Positions 50,776 to 61,739 of a DNA stretch of 64,000 nucleotides are shown here, piece by piece. Numbering within the stretch: the stretch's first letter is position 1; each line of letters opens with the position of its first letter. Origin of the DNA: an uncultured delta proteobacterium (GTDB taxonomy: Bacteria; Desulfobacterota; Desulfobacteria; Desulfobacterales; Desulfosalsimonadaceae); contig CAWGYD010000011.1 of the NCBI GenBank assembly GCA_963826785.1, positions 31,177-95,176 of the forward strand, written 5' to 3'. The notes under the pieces were generated by a model that was given only the letters and a program-made list of their open reading frames with translations, was not told the origin of the DNA and did no database searches. The position numbers and the translations under genes are program-made.

Positions 50776-51729
50776 TTACTGGCGCTCACCTAAAGGATAC
50801 GGGCCGGGTTCGACCCCTTTTTCCGTTTGGTTCACGGCGGCCATTTTCGTTTTTTTCTGCCACAGACGAACGCCGTGGTAAATAAAGACAAACCCGATTC
50901 GGGTGAACAGCGCCATCCAGATAATCGGGCTGAATACGGCATATGGCCATTCCACATGTTTTTTGAAATAATAGTATGCACTTTTATGAAATTCGATCAC
51001 CGACCGGGGCAGGTTCTGCTCACTGCTGACACCCACATGATGAAGAACGGCCGCCCCCGGAAAATAAACCACCCGCCATCCCTCATGTGCCATTCGCCGG
51101 CACCAGTCGGCATCTTCCCAGTACATGAAAAATCCGCAGTCGAATTCACCCACCTGGTCGATGGCCTCTCTCCTGACCAGCATGCAGGCCCCGGAAACCC
51201 AATCCACCTCCATGGGCTGTTTCCCATCCGATTCCGCATGGAGCAGGTTTTTCCTGGACATCCGATTGTTCGGAAAAAGCCTCGTCAGGATCGAACTTCG
51301 ACCGAACATGGCGGTAGACGGAGTCGGAAATGCACGCGCCGAACCCTGGACCTTGTAATCCGGATCGTAGATTCTCGGACCCATGATCCCGATATCCGTT
51401 CGGGTTTCCATAAAATTTAAAACCGCATTAAAAAAGCCTTTTATAATAACCGAATCAGGATTTAATATCAACAGAAACGGCGCCTGACAATTTATCATAC
51501 AGGCATTGACCGCTCGCGCAAACCCCAGATTTTTCCCCTGCCGGAGCAGATGGACACCGGGAAACTGATCACAGATCCGATCGATATTATCTGTCGAACC
51601 GTTATCCGCCACGAAAATATTCGCCGACCGGCTTCCAAGGTCCTGGTATACGGATTTCAGGCACCGGAGCAGGTAATCCGTGCTGTTGTAATTGACGATG
51701 ACAATATCTAATTCAGGTGTAATCTCCAC
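50776..51729 (-). CDS. Glycosyltransferase family 2 (WbbL-like)
   Basis: VIVNYNS, DNGSTD, NLGFARAVN, LNPD, DWVSGACML, FMYWEDADW. Confidence 0.9.
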   Translation of the reverse strand: MEITPELDIVIVNYNSTDYLLRCLKSVYQDLGSRSANIFVADNGSTDNIDRICDQFPGVHLLRQGKNLGFARAVNACMINCQAPFLLILNPDSVIIKGFFNAVLNFMETRTDIGIMGPRIYDPDYKVQGSARAFPTPSTAMFGRSSILTRLFPNNRMSRKNLLHAESDGKQPMEVDWVSGACMLVRREAIDQVGEFDCGFFMYWEDADWCRRMAHEGWRVVYFPGAAVLHHVGVSSEQNLPRSVIEFHKSAYYYFKKHVEWPYAVFSPIIWMALFTRIGFVFIYHGVRLWQKKTKMAAVNQTEKGVEPGPYPLGERQ

Positions 51730-51806
51730 CGTTTATCCTTGTATAGTATCCACTACCGCAATGAGCGCCCATCGGATGGAAGGTCCTTTGTGTCCCCAAA
51801 AGCGCT

Positions 51807-52804
51807 TTAAAGCAACTCTTTTTTGCGGCCGGCGCCACTTGCCCGCCGATGGATCAGCCGCGGCATGAAAGATTCTTTTTCCAGCAGATGCCAGATATAG
51901 GCATCCGAAACGCTCTTTGATTCCTGAATGGGTTGCCGCTCTCCCATCACCCTTTTAAATTGACGAAAAGCATCTTTTTTCGCCTTCCAGAATGTGCCTG
52001 CCTGCCCACGGATGGAAAAAAAAATAAATGAAAATAGAATATAGCAAATGTGCAGGACCGCCGTCCGGGCGATCAGCCGGGTCGGCATGTTTTTCAGATA
52101 GACCCATTCCAGATTCCGGTGCCCGTAATACACGGACATCGGCGAATCATATTTCAGACTGCTGCTGACTTTATGATATACCATTGCCCCGGGAACATAC
52201 AAACATCGATATCCATTCAACTGCGCCCGGAAGCTTAAATCAACGTCTTCATAGATCAGAAAAAAATTCGAATCAAACAATCCGATATCTTCCAGCATGT
52301 TGCTCCGATAAATCGAAGCCCCTCCGCACGCACCGAATACCCATTCAGTTTGATCATGATCTTCGGCCGGCATCCCCCTCCCCCTCAGGAGGCCGGCCCC
52401 GGCCCGGGTATATCCGTCTCCCGCCGGTCAGATGACCTGCGGCCGGTCATGATATAGAAGCCTGCTGGTCGCAGAACCGGCCTACAGGATGGGCATCCAT
52501 CTCCTTAACCAACTCCAGCAACCAGTCCGGATGGGCGATTCCGTCATTGTTCAGCAAGGCGGCATAAGGGGTGTTCACCTGAGTCAATGCGAGATTATTG
52601 GCCTCACAAAACCCCCGATTTTCATCAAGGGCGATCAATCGCACCTCGGGATATCGGCTGCGAATCAGAGACTGTGAATCATCAACGGGAGCCGTTATCG
52701 ACCACGATGATGGAAAATTTCCTGAACGTCTGCGCCTTAAGGCTGTCCAGGCAATCGCCTATCAGGGCGCGGCCGTTCCAGTTCACCACGATGACCGTGA
52801 CCAT
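51807..52804 (-). pseudogene. Glycosyltransferase family 2; several frameshifts (probably errors)
   Basis: MVTVIVVNWNG...VDNGS, NRGFCEANN...LLNND and ACGGASIYR...YEDVDLSFR lie in three frames. Confidence 0.8.
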
Positions 52805-52994
52805 GCATTCTTTTAAATTGGGGTCAGTATAAATCAAAACCTTAAGATTGCCGATTTGAAAAGGAAAAATCGAGCAATTCCACATTTGCGCTGACTTATG
52901 CACTCCACCCGGAGGACAGGCTGTTTTTTCCCTCTTTATCGGCATCAATTTCAATATATCCGTTTTTCGCTCGGCACATTGGGAATCATGCGAA

Positions 52995-53931
52995 TTAAGA
53001 TGTATCCGATAAATTGAATACTACCGGCGACACCCGCAGGGTCATCCCCAGATGTTTCTGTTCGCCATAAAGCGGAATCTGAATCCACCCCGGGCCTTCA
53101 ACCGACCGTTCATTCCGGTAAAAGCCGTGTGATGTGTCAGTTGACCTTTTAATCAACCGCTTCTTTAACTGAGGGGTCCAGGTCCAGAAGATAAAGCAGA
53201 CTTCCCTTTTGTTTTTCCGATTTGAACGCCAAGTCAAAATGATAAAAACCGGGCAAGGCGACCGGCAGGAATCGCCGCCATATAATAGACTGATGCGCCA
53301 GATTTTCCCGGTACCGCCTGAGATCGCCGCTCAAGGTTTTCGTTTGGGTAGTCGAAGCGCGGCCAGGGCTTGTCGTATATATTCGAATCTTGCTCCGTTC
53401 CTGGCCAGTCGGCACCACAGGTCCCAATCCATGGTAACTGCGATGCAGGATCTATACCACCTGCGGCTTCGTATGCTGCTCTTTTACGAAACACCCGCTG
53501 GCAAATATAGCAGGAGGTAAAAAGCGCCTTTGCATCGTGGGCTTGTATGCCGGGGAAATAGGAAGGAAAAGCCCTTCCGGAGTAACGTGCACGGCATCCC
53601 CATACACCACGTCCACCTCCGGGTTATTTTTAAACTCTGCAGCCACCCGGTCCAGCGCATTCGGAAAATGATATAATCAGTCGGCATTCAGCCAGCATAC
53701 GATATCCCCTTTATTGCGGATTTTCCCTCTCGAATGGCAGACGCTGACCGTCATCTGGTGAGGAGCGGAGATAGGTGATCATATCCTGGTAAGGGCGGAC
53801 GCCTCATCAAATTGATCATTGGAACCGCCGTCCATAACGGCCAGATTCATTGAGTGGATTAATAGCGGATACTCTCCAGCGCATATGGCAGAAAAGGCTC
53901 TGGTTGTAATTGGGATAACCACCGCAATCAT
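52995..53931 (-). pseudogene. Glycosyltransferase family 2 with C-terminal extension; heavily frameshifted
   Basis: Manual minus-strand reading gives MIAVVIP, DGGS, WLNAD-like and DVVYGDA; ATG 53931 overlaps the upstream TGA. Confidence 0.6.
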
Positions 53932-55040
53932 CAGCATGTACAAACTCTCGCCGGGGCAGCAGTTTTCACCTCAAAACGGCGGCTGATCCTCAGCCGGGCT
54001 GGACTGAACGATAAGAAGATAATATTGAAAGATTCCGGAACCGGTACATTTCTTGGCAGGAAACACGTGCCGGTACAATATGTTTTGATATGGAAATTGA
54101 TTCGGACAGGCGATACCAGCGGCCGATATATTCTTGCGAAGCATACCATCTCAAGTTCCCCTGCTGCTGCAGTTCAGCTGAAGCCTGCTGGTGCGGATGA
54201 ACCCGAAATGCCCCTCGCAAGAACCTTGGCAGCCGCTTGAAAGGGCGCCGGCTTCCGCAGCCGGAGCAGCAATTCCCAGTCCATGGCAAATTTATATCCC
54301 GCGTCCACATACCCCCGGCCTTCTCCCGATACTCCGCCGCCAGAAAAGCGTTTCCTGGGGAATATAATCCGCAAGCGGATATCATTATCATGGCGGAAGT
54401 ACCCATCTGCCGATTTCCTGATCATATCCATCAATCAATACCCGGTGCCCGTAAACACATCGATTCAGGATGGGATTTCTAGAATAACGGGCCTCATCAG
54501 TGCAGCGTACCCGGCAACAGGAGATATCGGAGTCCAGATAAGACATGAGTTCCGGTGGAACGCCCAATCCTGTGTTGATGGCATCCACCTGCCCTTGCGT
54601 CCTTTACCGATTCCATCGGGCCAGCCGGTCTAAAAAACTTTGAGAATGTCGGCCATGTCGTCTTCGGAATCCGCCGTCCTGGACAATGTACCGAGATCTT
54701 GGATATCCCTGTGAAAGGACGCTTTCCAGTGCTCCGGCCGATGAACCCGACCTGATCTATAAAAAGTCATGGCAACGGAAATAAGGGCCAGGTCTTGATT
54801 CGGGCGATGCCCTTTTGATTTTGTACTTTTCGGGGACTTTCATGGGCCACGGCGGATAATGGTACAGAACTCCCAGTCGGGTTCAAGCCACATCCTAATT
54901 TTTGCCGAAATCCTGCCGCTCCTGATAGGCGCGGTGGCGTTTTCCTGCTGGCCGGATCACATCAGACGGACTCGGCCACGCATTTGCCTTTTCAATATGG
55001 TTGTGCTTTTGGATCAAGCAGTTGATTGAGGTCTATCGAT
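53931..55040 (-). pseudogene. Glycosyltransferase family 2 with N-terminal helical/coiled-coil segment; 5'-truncated, heavily frameshifted
   Basis: Fragments QDGG, DAINTG, SYLDSD, VYGHRVLID, GRWVLPP, FAMDWELLLR, FRVHPHQ. Confidence 0.6.
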
Positions 55041-55044
55041 ATGG

Positions 55045-56122
55045 GCCTCTTTCCGCTACGACAGCCTTCAGTTCAGACGGCAATTACGTGTACGATTATT
55101 CACCCACCCTCGATCCTTTCATCGTGATCAATAAGGACGAGTTCCGAGGGGCCTGGTGGGGGGAAGAAATCCAGGTCACGAAAAGGAGGCCGCCCAGAAC
55201 ATACTCTGATTTTCGGCGGCGAATATCAGGACCACTACCGCCAGGACCAGAAGAATTACGACCTGGCCGTTTATATGGATGAACAGCACGATTCCGAAAA
55301 CTGGGGTGTCTATATCCAGGACGAATACCAGATCGTCGATGGACTGATCCTCAATGCCGGGGTCCGGTATGACCATTACAGCACCTTCGGAAGCACCACT
55401 AATCCCCGTTTGGCCCTAATCTACAGCCCCAGGGAAAAAACCACCCTGAAATTCCTCTATGGAGAAGCCTTCCGGCTCCCAACGCTTTCGAATCCTATTA
55501 CCATGACGGATTCGAAACCCATAAACCTAACCCGAAACTCGGTCCGGAAACAATCACCACCTACGAACTGGTACTGGAGCAGTATCTCGGCAACCATCTG
55601 CGCGGCATTGCAAACGGCTTTTATTATAAAACGGAGAACCTGATCAATCTCACCCTCGATCCTGCCGACGGCCTCCTGGTTTTCGAAAATGTGGACACAG
55701 TCAAAGCAAGGGGGGTGGAACTGGAGCTGGAGGGAAAGTGGACTTCGGGTATTGAAGGTCGGATCAGCTACTCTTTTCAGGAAGCGAAAAACGGGGAAAC
55801 CGATCAGCTCCTCACCAATTCCCCAAAACAACTCGCCAAGCTCAACCTGACCGTTCCTTTGGTCGGGGAAAAGGTTCTTCTCGGCATTGAGGAACAGTAT
55901 ACCAGCAAGAGAAAAACGCGTTCCGGTGATGAAACCGGCGCCTATGCAGTGACCAACCTGACCCTGTTCAGCCAGCACGTGGTGGAAGGGTTGGAGCTCT
56001 CCGCTTCGGTCTACAATCTGTTCGATGAAAAGTACAGCGACCCCGCGTCGGCGGCATATCGCCAGGACGTCCTTGAACAGGACGGGCAGACTTTCCGCTT
56101 CAAGGCCACCTATTCTTTCTGA
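55045..56122 (+). pseudogene. TonB-dependent receptor, C-terminal half only; frameshifted
   Basis: YIQDEY, GVRYDHYSTFG, NPRLALIY, YGEAFR, GVELELE, SVYNLFD, C-terminal ATYSF; no plug or N-terminus present. Confidence 0.85.
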
Positions 56123-56136
56123 CGCGACCGAAGGGA

Positions 56137-57050
56137 ATGCGTTTGACGAGAAGAATTCCCATTTTTTATCTATTCCTTGTAATCGCCTGGACAGGTTTTA
56201 GCTGGAGCGGCCCTCCGAGGCGGCCGGGCCGGACACTGTAGCGGTGCTGCTCAGCACCGAAGCGCCTCCTTTCGATCAGGTCCTGGAGGGTTTTCGGGAT
56301 TATTTCGAGCAGAAGAATATCCCTGTCGATATAGATGTCCTGCATGACGGCCTGGCCGCGGAAGCGCAGAATGTTAAATTGATATTCGCCCTCGGTTCCG
56401 AGGCACTCGTACAGGCCAGGGCCCACAACCACGATCTTCCCATCGTCGCGGGGATGATTCTCAGAAGAGAAGATCTCGCGTCTCTCCCCAAAACCACGGG
56501 TGTTTACCTGGAATTCCCGGTGGATACCCAGTTAAGATGGATGCGGCGCATCCTTCCCGAAGCCCGCAGGTCGGAGTGGTTACAGTCGGGCGGAAAACAT
56601 GGAACATATCGCAAACGCGAAACGTGTTCTGGAGCAAATGGGTTTCCAACTGGTGCCCCAGGAAATTTCCGATCCCGCGAATTGCCGGCGGCGCTGGAGA
56701 ACCTGGTCAATACGGCCGATGTCCTGTGGGGAGTGAACGATCAGGTCGTACTGAATCCGCAGACGGCCAGACATATTCTGCTGTTTTCCTTCCGCAACCG
56801 CATTCCCTTCGTCGGGCTATCCAATGCCTGGAGCAGGGCCGGAGCTCTTTATTCCCTGGACAGGGATTACCGGGACATCGGCCGCCAGTGCGGCGAAATG
56901 GCCTTGCGGATTCTCCAGGGCGAGCCAGTCCCGTCGATATCGCCGGTCCCGCCGCGCAAGTTGACGTACTCCTTGAATCTCAAGGCGGCAAAACGAATGA
57001 AACTGGATATCCCCCCATCGGTTCGTCAGGGTGCCGAACAGGTCTATTGA
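56137..57050 (+). CDS. Periplasmic ABC-type substrate-binding-like protein; frameshifts near 56215 and 56570-56680
   Basis: Signal peptide from ATG 56137; [43 protein letters not shown]. Confidence 0.75.
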
Positions 57051-57061
57051 GAGGTGCGGAA

Positions 57062-59158
57062 GTGATCATCACGTCGACGGCCGAAAAGCTGAAACTGGCA
57101 ACCAAGTTCAACCTTTTGGCCATACTCCTGATCGTCGTCACGGCCATGGGCATCGCCTTCTACGCGGCTCACAACCAGAAGGTCCTCGCCTATGAAGAGT
57201 TGAAAGCAGACGGCTATCACATGCTTGCGCTTCTGGCCCAAAGCAGTGAATACGCCATCTACACCGAAGATCCTTCCTCTTTGCAGCAACTGCTCGACAG
57301 CGTCTTCGCCGAAGAAGATGCCGCCTATGTGGTCATCGCGACCGTCGAAGGGAAAATGCTGGCATCGAAAACCGCGGACGACTCGGTCCAGGTTCCAAGG
57401 AGCTTCTCCTTCCCGGGCTTCGATCCCGGCAATCCGATTCAGGTCAGCAGATTGAGCGATCCCCGCACCGGGGTCATATTTATCGACATGATCACTCCCG
57501 TGCTTTCTTCCTCCCGTGAGGATCCGGCCGGGCTGTTTCCCGAACGAAAAAGAGTGCCCCCCGACACCATTGGATATGTCCGACTGGGGCTGACTTCAAA
57601 AAATCTGGAGCGGAATATCCATCACTTCTTTCTGTCCACCCTGATTTTCACCCTCGTTCTGGTGCTCTTCGGCAGCGCTCTTGCCATTCTGCTGGCACAG
57701 AAAATCACCTCTCCGCTCAAGAGACTGGCTCTGATCGCCAGCGACATTGCCGGTGGGAAACTCGATCATCAGATCGAAATCAGAAACCACGATGAGATCT
57801 CCGATCTCGGTCGAGCCTTCAACGTGATGATTGCCCGTCTTCAGGATTACCGCGCGCGCGTGGAAAAGCACCGGCAGGAGCTTGAAGAGGAGGTGGAAGA
57901 CCGGACCCGCGATCTGCAACAGGCCATGGACGAAGCCGTCACTTTGGCTCACCGGGCCGAAGAGGCCAGTCGGGCCAAGTCCCAGTTTCTGGCGAATATG
58001 AGTCACGAAATCAGGACTCCGATGAATGGAGTCCTGGGGATGACCGAACTCCTGCTTCATACGGATCTCACCCCGAACCAACGAGATCTTGCGGAAACCG
58101 CATACAACTCCGGCGAGTTTCTTCTGAACATCCTCAACGACATTCTCGACATTTCCAGAATCGAAGCCGGAAAGCTGGAGCTGAAAGAAGTGGATTTCGA
58201 CCTACGCCAGACGATCGATACGATTCTGGAGATCATGTCCAGGCGGGCTCACAAGAAGGGGCTGGAATTTACCTGCGAGATCCCGGACCATATTCCGGAC
58301 GCCTTGAGGGGTGATCCCGATCGCCTGCGCCAGATTCTCAACAACCTGATCGACAATGCCATAAAATTCACCGATCAGGGGAGGATTGAAACAGAGATCA
58401 AGCTTGTCGAGAAGGATGCCCATCAGGTGACGCTGTGCTTCTCCGTCAGAGACAGCGGCATCGGCATTCCCTATGATTTACAGGAGCATATCTTCGATTC
58501 CTTCTCCCAGGTGGACGCTTCAAATACCCGCAGGTATGGAGGAACCGGGCTGGGACTCGCCATTGTCAGGCAACTGGCGGAAATCATGGGAGGACACGCC
58601 AGCTGCGAAAGCGAGCCGGACAACGGCTCCAGATTCAGTATCACGATTCCAGTAAAAAGGCAGGAAACAGGCAAAGAGCCGTCCGCCCCCCGGGAAAGGG
58701 TCAAGAGAGCTTTTCAAAAACGAAAAGGAAGAGGACTCGTTCTTCTGGCCGAGGATAATCCCGTTAACCTGGAAGTGACGCAGGCCATGCTGCAAGCTCT
58801 GGGCATGAGGGTGGATACCGCCCTGAACGGACACAAAGCGGTGGAAGCATCCAGGCGGATACCCTACGATCTGATTCTCATGGATTGTCAGATGCCGGTG
58901 ATGGACGGTTTCGAGGCAACCCGGCTCATCCGGGAGGAAGAGGCCTCCAGGGGGATGGGCGAGCACGTTCCCATCGTTGCCCTGACGGCTCATGTCCTCA
59001 AGAGCGATCAGGACCGGTGCCTGGATGCCGGGATGGATGACTTTCTCGGAAAACCTTTCAACCAGAGCCGGTTGAGCGCCGTACTGGAGCAGTGGCTACC
59101 CCGGGGCGCCGCATCAAAAGCGGCAAGGATGGATGAAGAAGATCCTTTTCGCGAGTAG
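57062..59158 (+). CDS. Hybrid sensor histidine kinase (TM-periplasmic-TM, HAMP, HisKA, HATPase, receiver)
   Basis: [52 protein letters not shown]; start set at GTG 57062. Confidence 0.93.
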   Translation: MIITSTAEKLKLATKFNLLAILLIVVTAMGIAFYAAHNQKVLAYEELKADGYHMLALLAQSSEYAIYTEDPSSLQQLLDSVFAEEDAAYVVIATVEGKMLASKTADDSVQVPRSFSFPGFDPGNPIQVSRLSDPRTGVIFIDMITPVLSSSREDPAGLFPERKRVPPDTIGYVRLGLTSKNLERNIHHFFLSTLIFTLVLVLFGSALAILLAQKITSPLKRLALIASDIAGGKLDHQIEIRNHDEISDLGRAFNVMIARLQDYRARVEKHRQELEEEVEDRTRDLQQAMDEAVTLAHRAEEASRAKSQFLANMSHEIRTPMNGVLGMTELLLHTDLTPNQRDLAETAYNSGEFLLNILNDILDISRIEAGKLELKEVDFDLRQTIDTILEIMSRRAHKKGLEFTCEIPDHIPDALRGDPDRLRQILNNLIDNAIKFTDQGRIETEIKLVEKDAHQVTLCFSVRDSGIGIPYDLQEHIFDSFSQVDASNTRRYGGTGLGLAIVRQLAEIMGGHASCESEPDNGSRFSITIPVKRQETGKEPSAPRERVKRAFQKRKGRGLVLLAEDNPVNLEVTQAMLQALGMRVDTALNGHKAVEASRRIPYDLILMDCQMPVMDGFEATRLIREEEASRGMGEHVPIVALTAHVLKSDQDRCLDAGMDDFLGKPFNQSRLSAVLEQWLPRGAASKAARMDEEDPFRE

Positions 59159-59193
59159 GGGGCCCGGCTCTCCACCGGCCGGAGCAGAAAAAA

Positions 59194-59544
59194 TCAGGCG
59201 GAGACGGCCCGAACGGAAGGAGCTGTTTCATCGTAATGGTAGCCCTTGCCCCATTCGCACATCATGGTCAGAAGGGGGATGAGGGTTCTCCCCGTTTCCG
59301 TCAGGGAATATTCCACCCGCGGGGGCACCTCGGCATAGACCTCCCGGTGGACGATGCCGTCCCGCTCCAATTCCCGCAGCTGCTGGGTCAGCATCTTCTG
59401 GGTCACCCCCGAAAGCCGCCTCTGGAGCTGGCTGAAGCGCAGGGTCTTATGAGTCAGATGCCAGAGGATGACCGCCTTCCACTTGCCGCCGATAACCTGC
59501 AGGGTCACCTCGACGGTACATTGGTATTCTTTTTCCACCGTCAT
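59194..59544 (-). CDS. HxlR/DUF24 (HypR/YodB-like) winged-helix regulator
   Basis: CTVEVTLQVIGGKWK, LRFSQL, TQKMLTQQLRELE, PPRVEYSLT. Confidence 0.93.
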   Translation of the reverse strand: MTVEKEYQCTVEVTLQVIGGKWKAVILWHLTHKTLRFSQLQRRLSGVTQKMLTQQLRELERDGIVHREVYAEVPPRVEYSLTETGRTLIPLLTMMCEWGKGYHYDETAPSVRAVSA

Positions 59545-59571
59545 ATTCTTCCGTCTTTTGAGAGCGATTCA

Positions 59572-59591
59572 TAGTATCTTTTTGGATACTA
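59572..59591. promoter_or_regulatory. Palindromic operator between the HxlR gene and acuI
   Basis: TAGTATC-N6-GATACTA perfect 7-bp inverted repeat. Confidence 0.7.
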
Positions 59592-59660
59592 CCATACATA
59601 TTTGTGTGTACTTGCTTAAATTGATATTACCTGTTAAGTACATATCGAAGCAAGGCTTTT

Positions 59661-59746
59661 AACGCAGAGACGCGGAGGCGCTGAGATCGCGGGGAAAGGC
59701 AATGATGACTTCCCTCTGCGTTCTCGCTTTGACTCGGCTCCGCGTT
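59661..59746. repeat. Intergenic long imperfect hairpin repeat, copy 1
   Basis: AACGCAGAG (59661) is complementary to CTCTGCGTT (59714) and nearly so to CTCCGCGTT (59738). Confidence 0.55.
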
Positions 59747-59799
59747 GAAGGATTCGATTACCGAATTTTCCAAGGTACACATCAATCACAAGGAGAAAA

Positions 59800-60807
59800 A
59801 TGATGCCGCCCGAGACTTTTACCGCCATGTTCGTCGAGGAAACGGAGCCGAAGAAATTCACCCGCAGCATAATCGAAAGGAAAGTGGACGATCTGCCGCC
59901 GGGGGAGCTGCTGGTGAAGGTTCACTATTCCTCTCTCAACTACAAGGACGCCCTCTCCGCGACGGGTCGTCCGGGAGTGACGAGAAAATATCCCCATACC
60001 CCCGGCATCGACGCCGCGGGGGAAGTCGTGACAAGCGACAGCGACGCCTTCGCCCCCGGTGACCGGGTCATCGTCACCGGTCATGATCTGGGGATGAATA
60101 CGGCCGGCGGCTTCGGCCAGTACATCCGCATCCCCGCCGTCTGGGCGATCCCCCTCCCCGAGGGGCTCTCCCTGCGTGAAAGCATGGCCCTGGGAACGGC
60201 CGGATTCACCGCTGCCCTCTCCGTATTCAAGCTGGAGCAGTCCGGGGTACGCCCCGAAGACGGCGACATCCTGGTCACCGGAGCGACGGGGGGTGTGGGG
60301 AGCATCGCCGTCGCTATTCTCTCCAGGGCCGGGTATCGGGTGACGGCCTCGACCGGCAAGTCCGAAGAAAGCGACTACCTCGCCACCCTCGGTGCCGCCG
60401 GGGTGATCAGCCGGGAGGCCGTTCTGGAAGGAGCGGAGAGGCCCCTGATGAAGGAACGCTGGGCCGGAGCCGTCGACTGCGTCGGCGGCGACACGCTGGC
60501 CGCTGCCCTCAAGGCCACCCGCTACGGCGGGACGGTCACCTGCTGCGGTCTGGTCGGCTCCCCCGAGCTCCCCGTGAACGTCTTTCCCTTCATCCTGCGC
60601 GGCGTCAGCCTGCTGGGGATCGACTCGGTCGAATGCCCCCGCGAGCCCCGGGAGCAGATCTGGAAAAATCTGGCCGGCAAATGGAAGCCCCAGCATCTCG
60701 AAGAGGCCGCCACCGAGTGCACCCTGCAGGAACTCGAAGAGCCGATCCAGGCCATCCTCAAGGGAAAACTGAAGGGGCGCACCGTGGTCAATCTGCTGGA
60801 GAGCTGA
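59800..60807 (+). CDS. acuI: YhdH/AcuI-family zinc-independent MDR reductase (acryloyl-CoA reductase-like)
   Basis: YSSLNYKDAL, PGIDAAG, GTAGFTAAL, TGATGGVGS, PFILRGVSLLGIDS. Confidence 0.88.
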   Translation: MMPPETFTAMFVEETEPKKFTRSIIERKVDDLPPGELLVKVHYSSLNYKDALSATGRPGVTRKYPHTPGIDAAGEVVTSDSDAFAPGDRVIVTGHDLGMNTAGGFGQYIRIPAVWAIPLPEGLSLRESMALGTAGFTAALSVFKLEQSGVRPEDGDILVTGATGGVGSIAVAILSRAGYRVTASTGKSEESDYLATLGAAGVISREAVLEGAERPLMKERWAGAVDCVGGDTLAAALKATRYGGTVTCCGLVGSPELPVNVFPFILRGVSLLGIDSVECPREPREQIWKNLAGKWKPQHLEEAATECTLQELEEPIQAILKGKLKGRTVVNLLES

Positions 60808-60820
60808 AAAGCGGAATTCG

Positions 60821-60896
60821 ACGCGAAGCCGAGAAGTCGAGAAGAATCAAAGAAAAGATCTAGAGCATTTCTCCGCGTGAATTCGTGAATTCGCGT
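60821..60896. repeat. Intergenic long imperfect hairpin repeat, copy 2
   Basis: ACGCGAA / TTCGCGT ends; purine-rich left arm, pyrimidine-rich right arm. Confidence 0.5.
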
Positions 60897-60933
60897 GAAT
60901 CCGATTTCCAAGCATAATCAAGGAGGATCATCC

Positions 60934-61717
60934 ATGCAATTCGAAAACCTTCTGGTCGATCTGGCCGCTCCTGTCGCCACCATAACCATCAACCGCCCCC
61001 GGGCGATGAACTCTCTCTCCTTCGATACCTTGCGGGAAATGGGTGAGGCCTTCGACTTCCCTGGAAAAGAACGACGGGATCAAGGTGATCATCCTCACCG
61101 GAGCCGGGCAGAAAGCCTTCGTGGCCGGCGGCGACATCTCGGCCATGGAGAACATGTCGCCCATGGAGGGGCGCGCCTTCGCCCTACTGGCGCAGACTCT
61201 GCTCAACCGCATCGAGCGTTTCCGCAAGCCCGTGATCGCAGCGATCAACGGCTATGCCCTGGGCGGCGGGTGCGAGCTGGCCATGAGCTGCGATCTGCGC
61301 ATCGCCAGCGAGACGGCCCGCTTCGGTCAGCCGGAAGTCAATCTGGGAATCATCCCCGGCTGGGCCGGAACCCAGCGACTTCCCCGTCTCATCGGCAAGG
61401 GGCGCGCCCTGGAACTGCTCTTCACCGGGGACATGATCGACGCCGCCGAAGCCCATCGCATCGGCCTGGTCAACCGGGTCGTTCCCGCCGACCAGCTGCT
61501 TGAGGAGTGCCGCAAACTCGCCGGGAAGATCGCTTCAAAGGGGCAGGTCGCCATCAGGATGATCAAGGAGGCGGTCCACAACGGGTTGGAGATGGACAGC
61601 GCCAGGGCCATCGGGTACGAAGCCGAACTTTTCGGCCTCTGCTTCTCCACCGAGGATCAGAAGGAAGGGATGAACGCCTTCCTGAACAAACGGAAGGCTG
61701 AGTTCCGGGATCGGTAA
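60934..61717 (+). CDS. crt: Short-chain enoyl-CoA hydratase (crotonase); one frameshift near 61060
   Basis: INRPRAMNSL in ORF 60895 joins KAFVAGGDI, GYALGGGCE, FGQPEVNLGIIPG and DQKEGMNAF in ORF 61043. Confidence 0.88.
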
Positions 61718-61739
61718 GACGGGATTACCAGCAAGATCA

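Noticed and set aside
56537..57061. 175-aa N-terminal extension of the 873-aa kinase ORF
   Set aside because: It overlaps the substrate-binding gene. Part of it is that gene's frameshifted sequence, and the kinase TM domain starts only after GTG 57062.
53931..59158. Functional link between the glycan operon and the TonB receptor/kinase cassette
   Set aside because: They meet at a probable assembly junction where both genes are 5'-truncated, so adjacency is not evidence.
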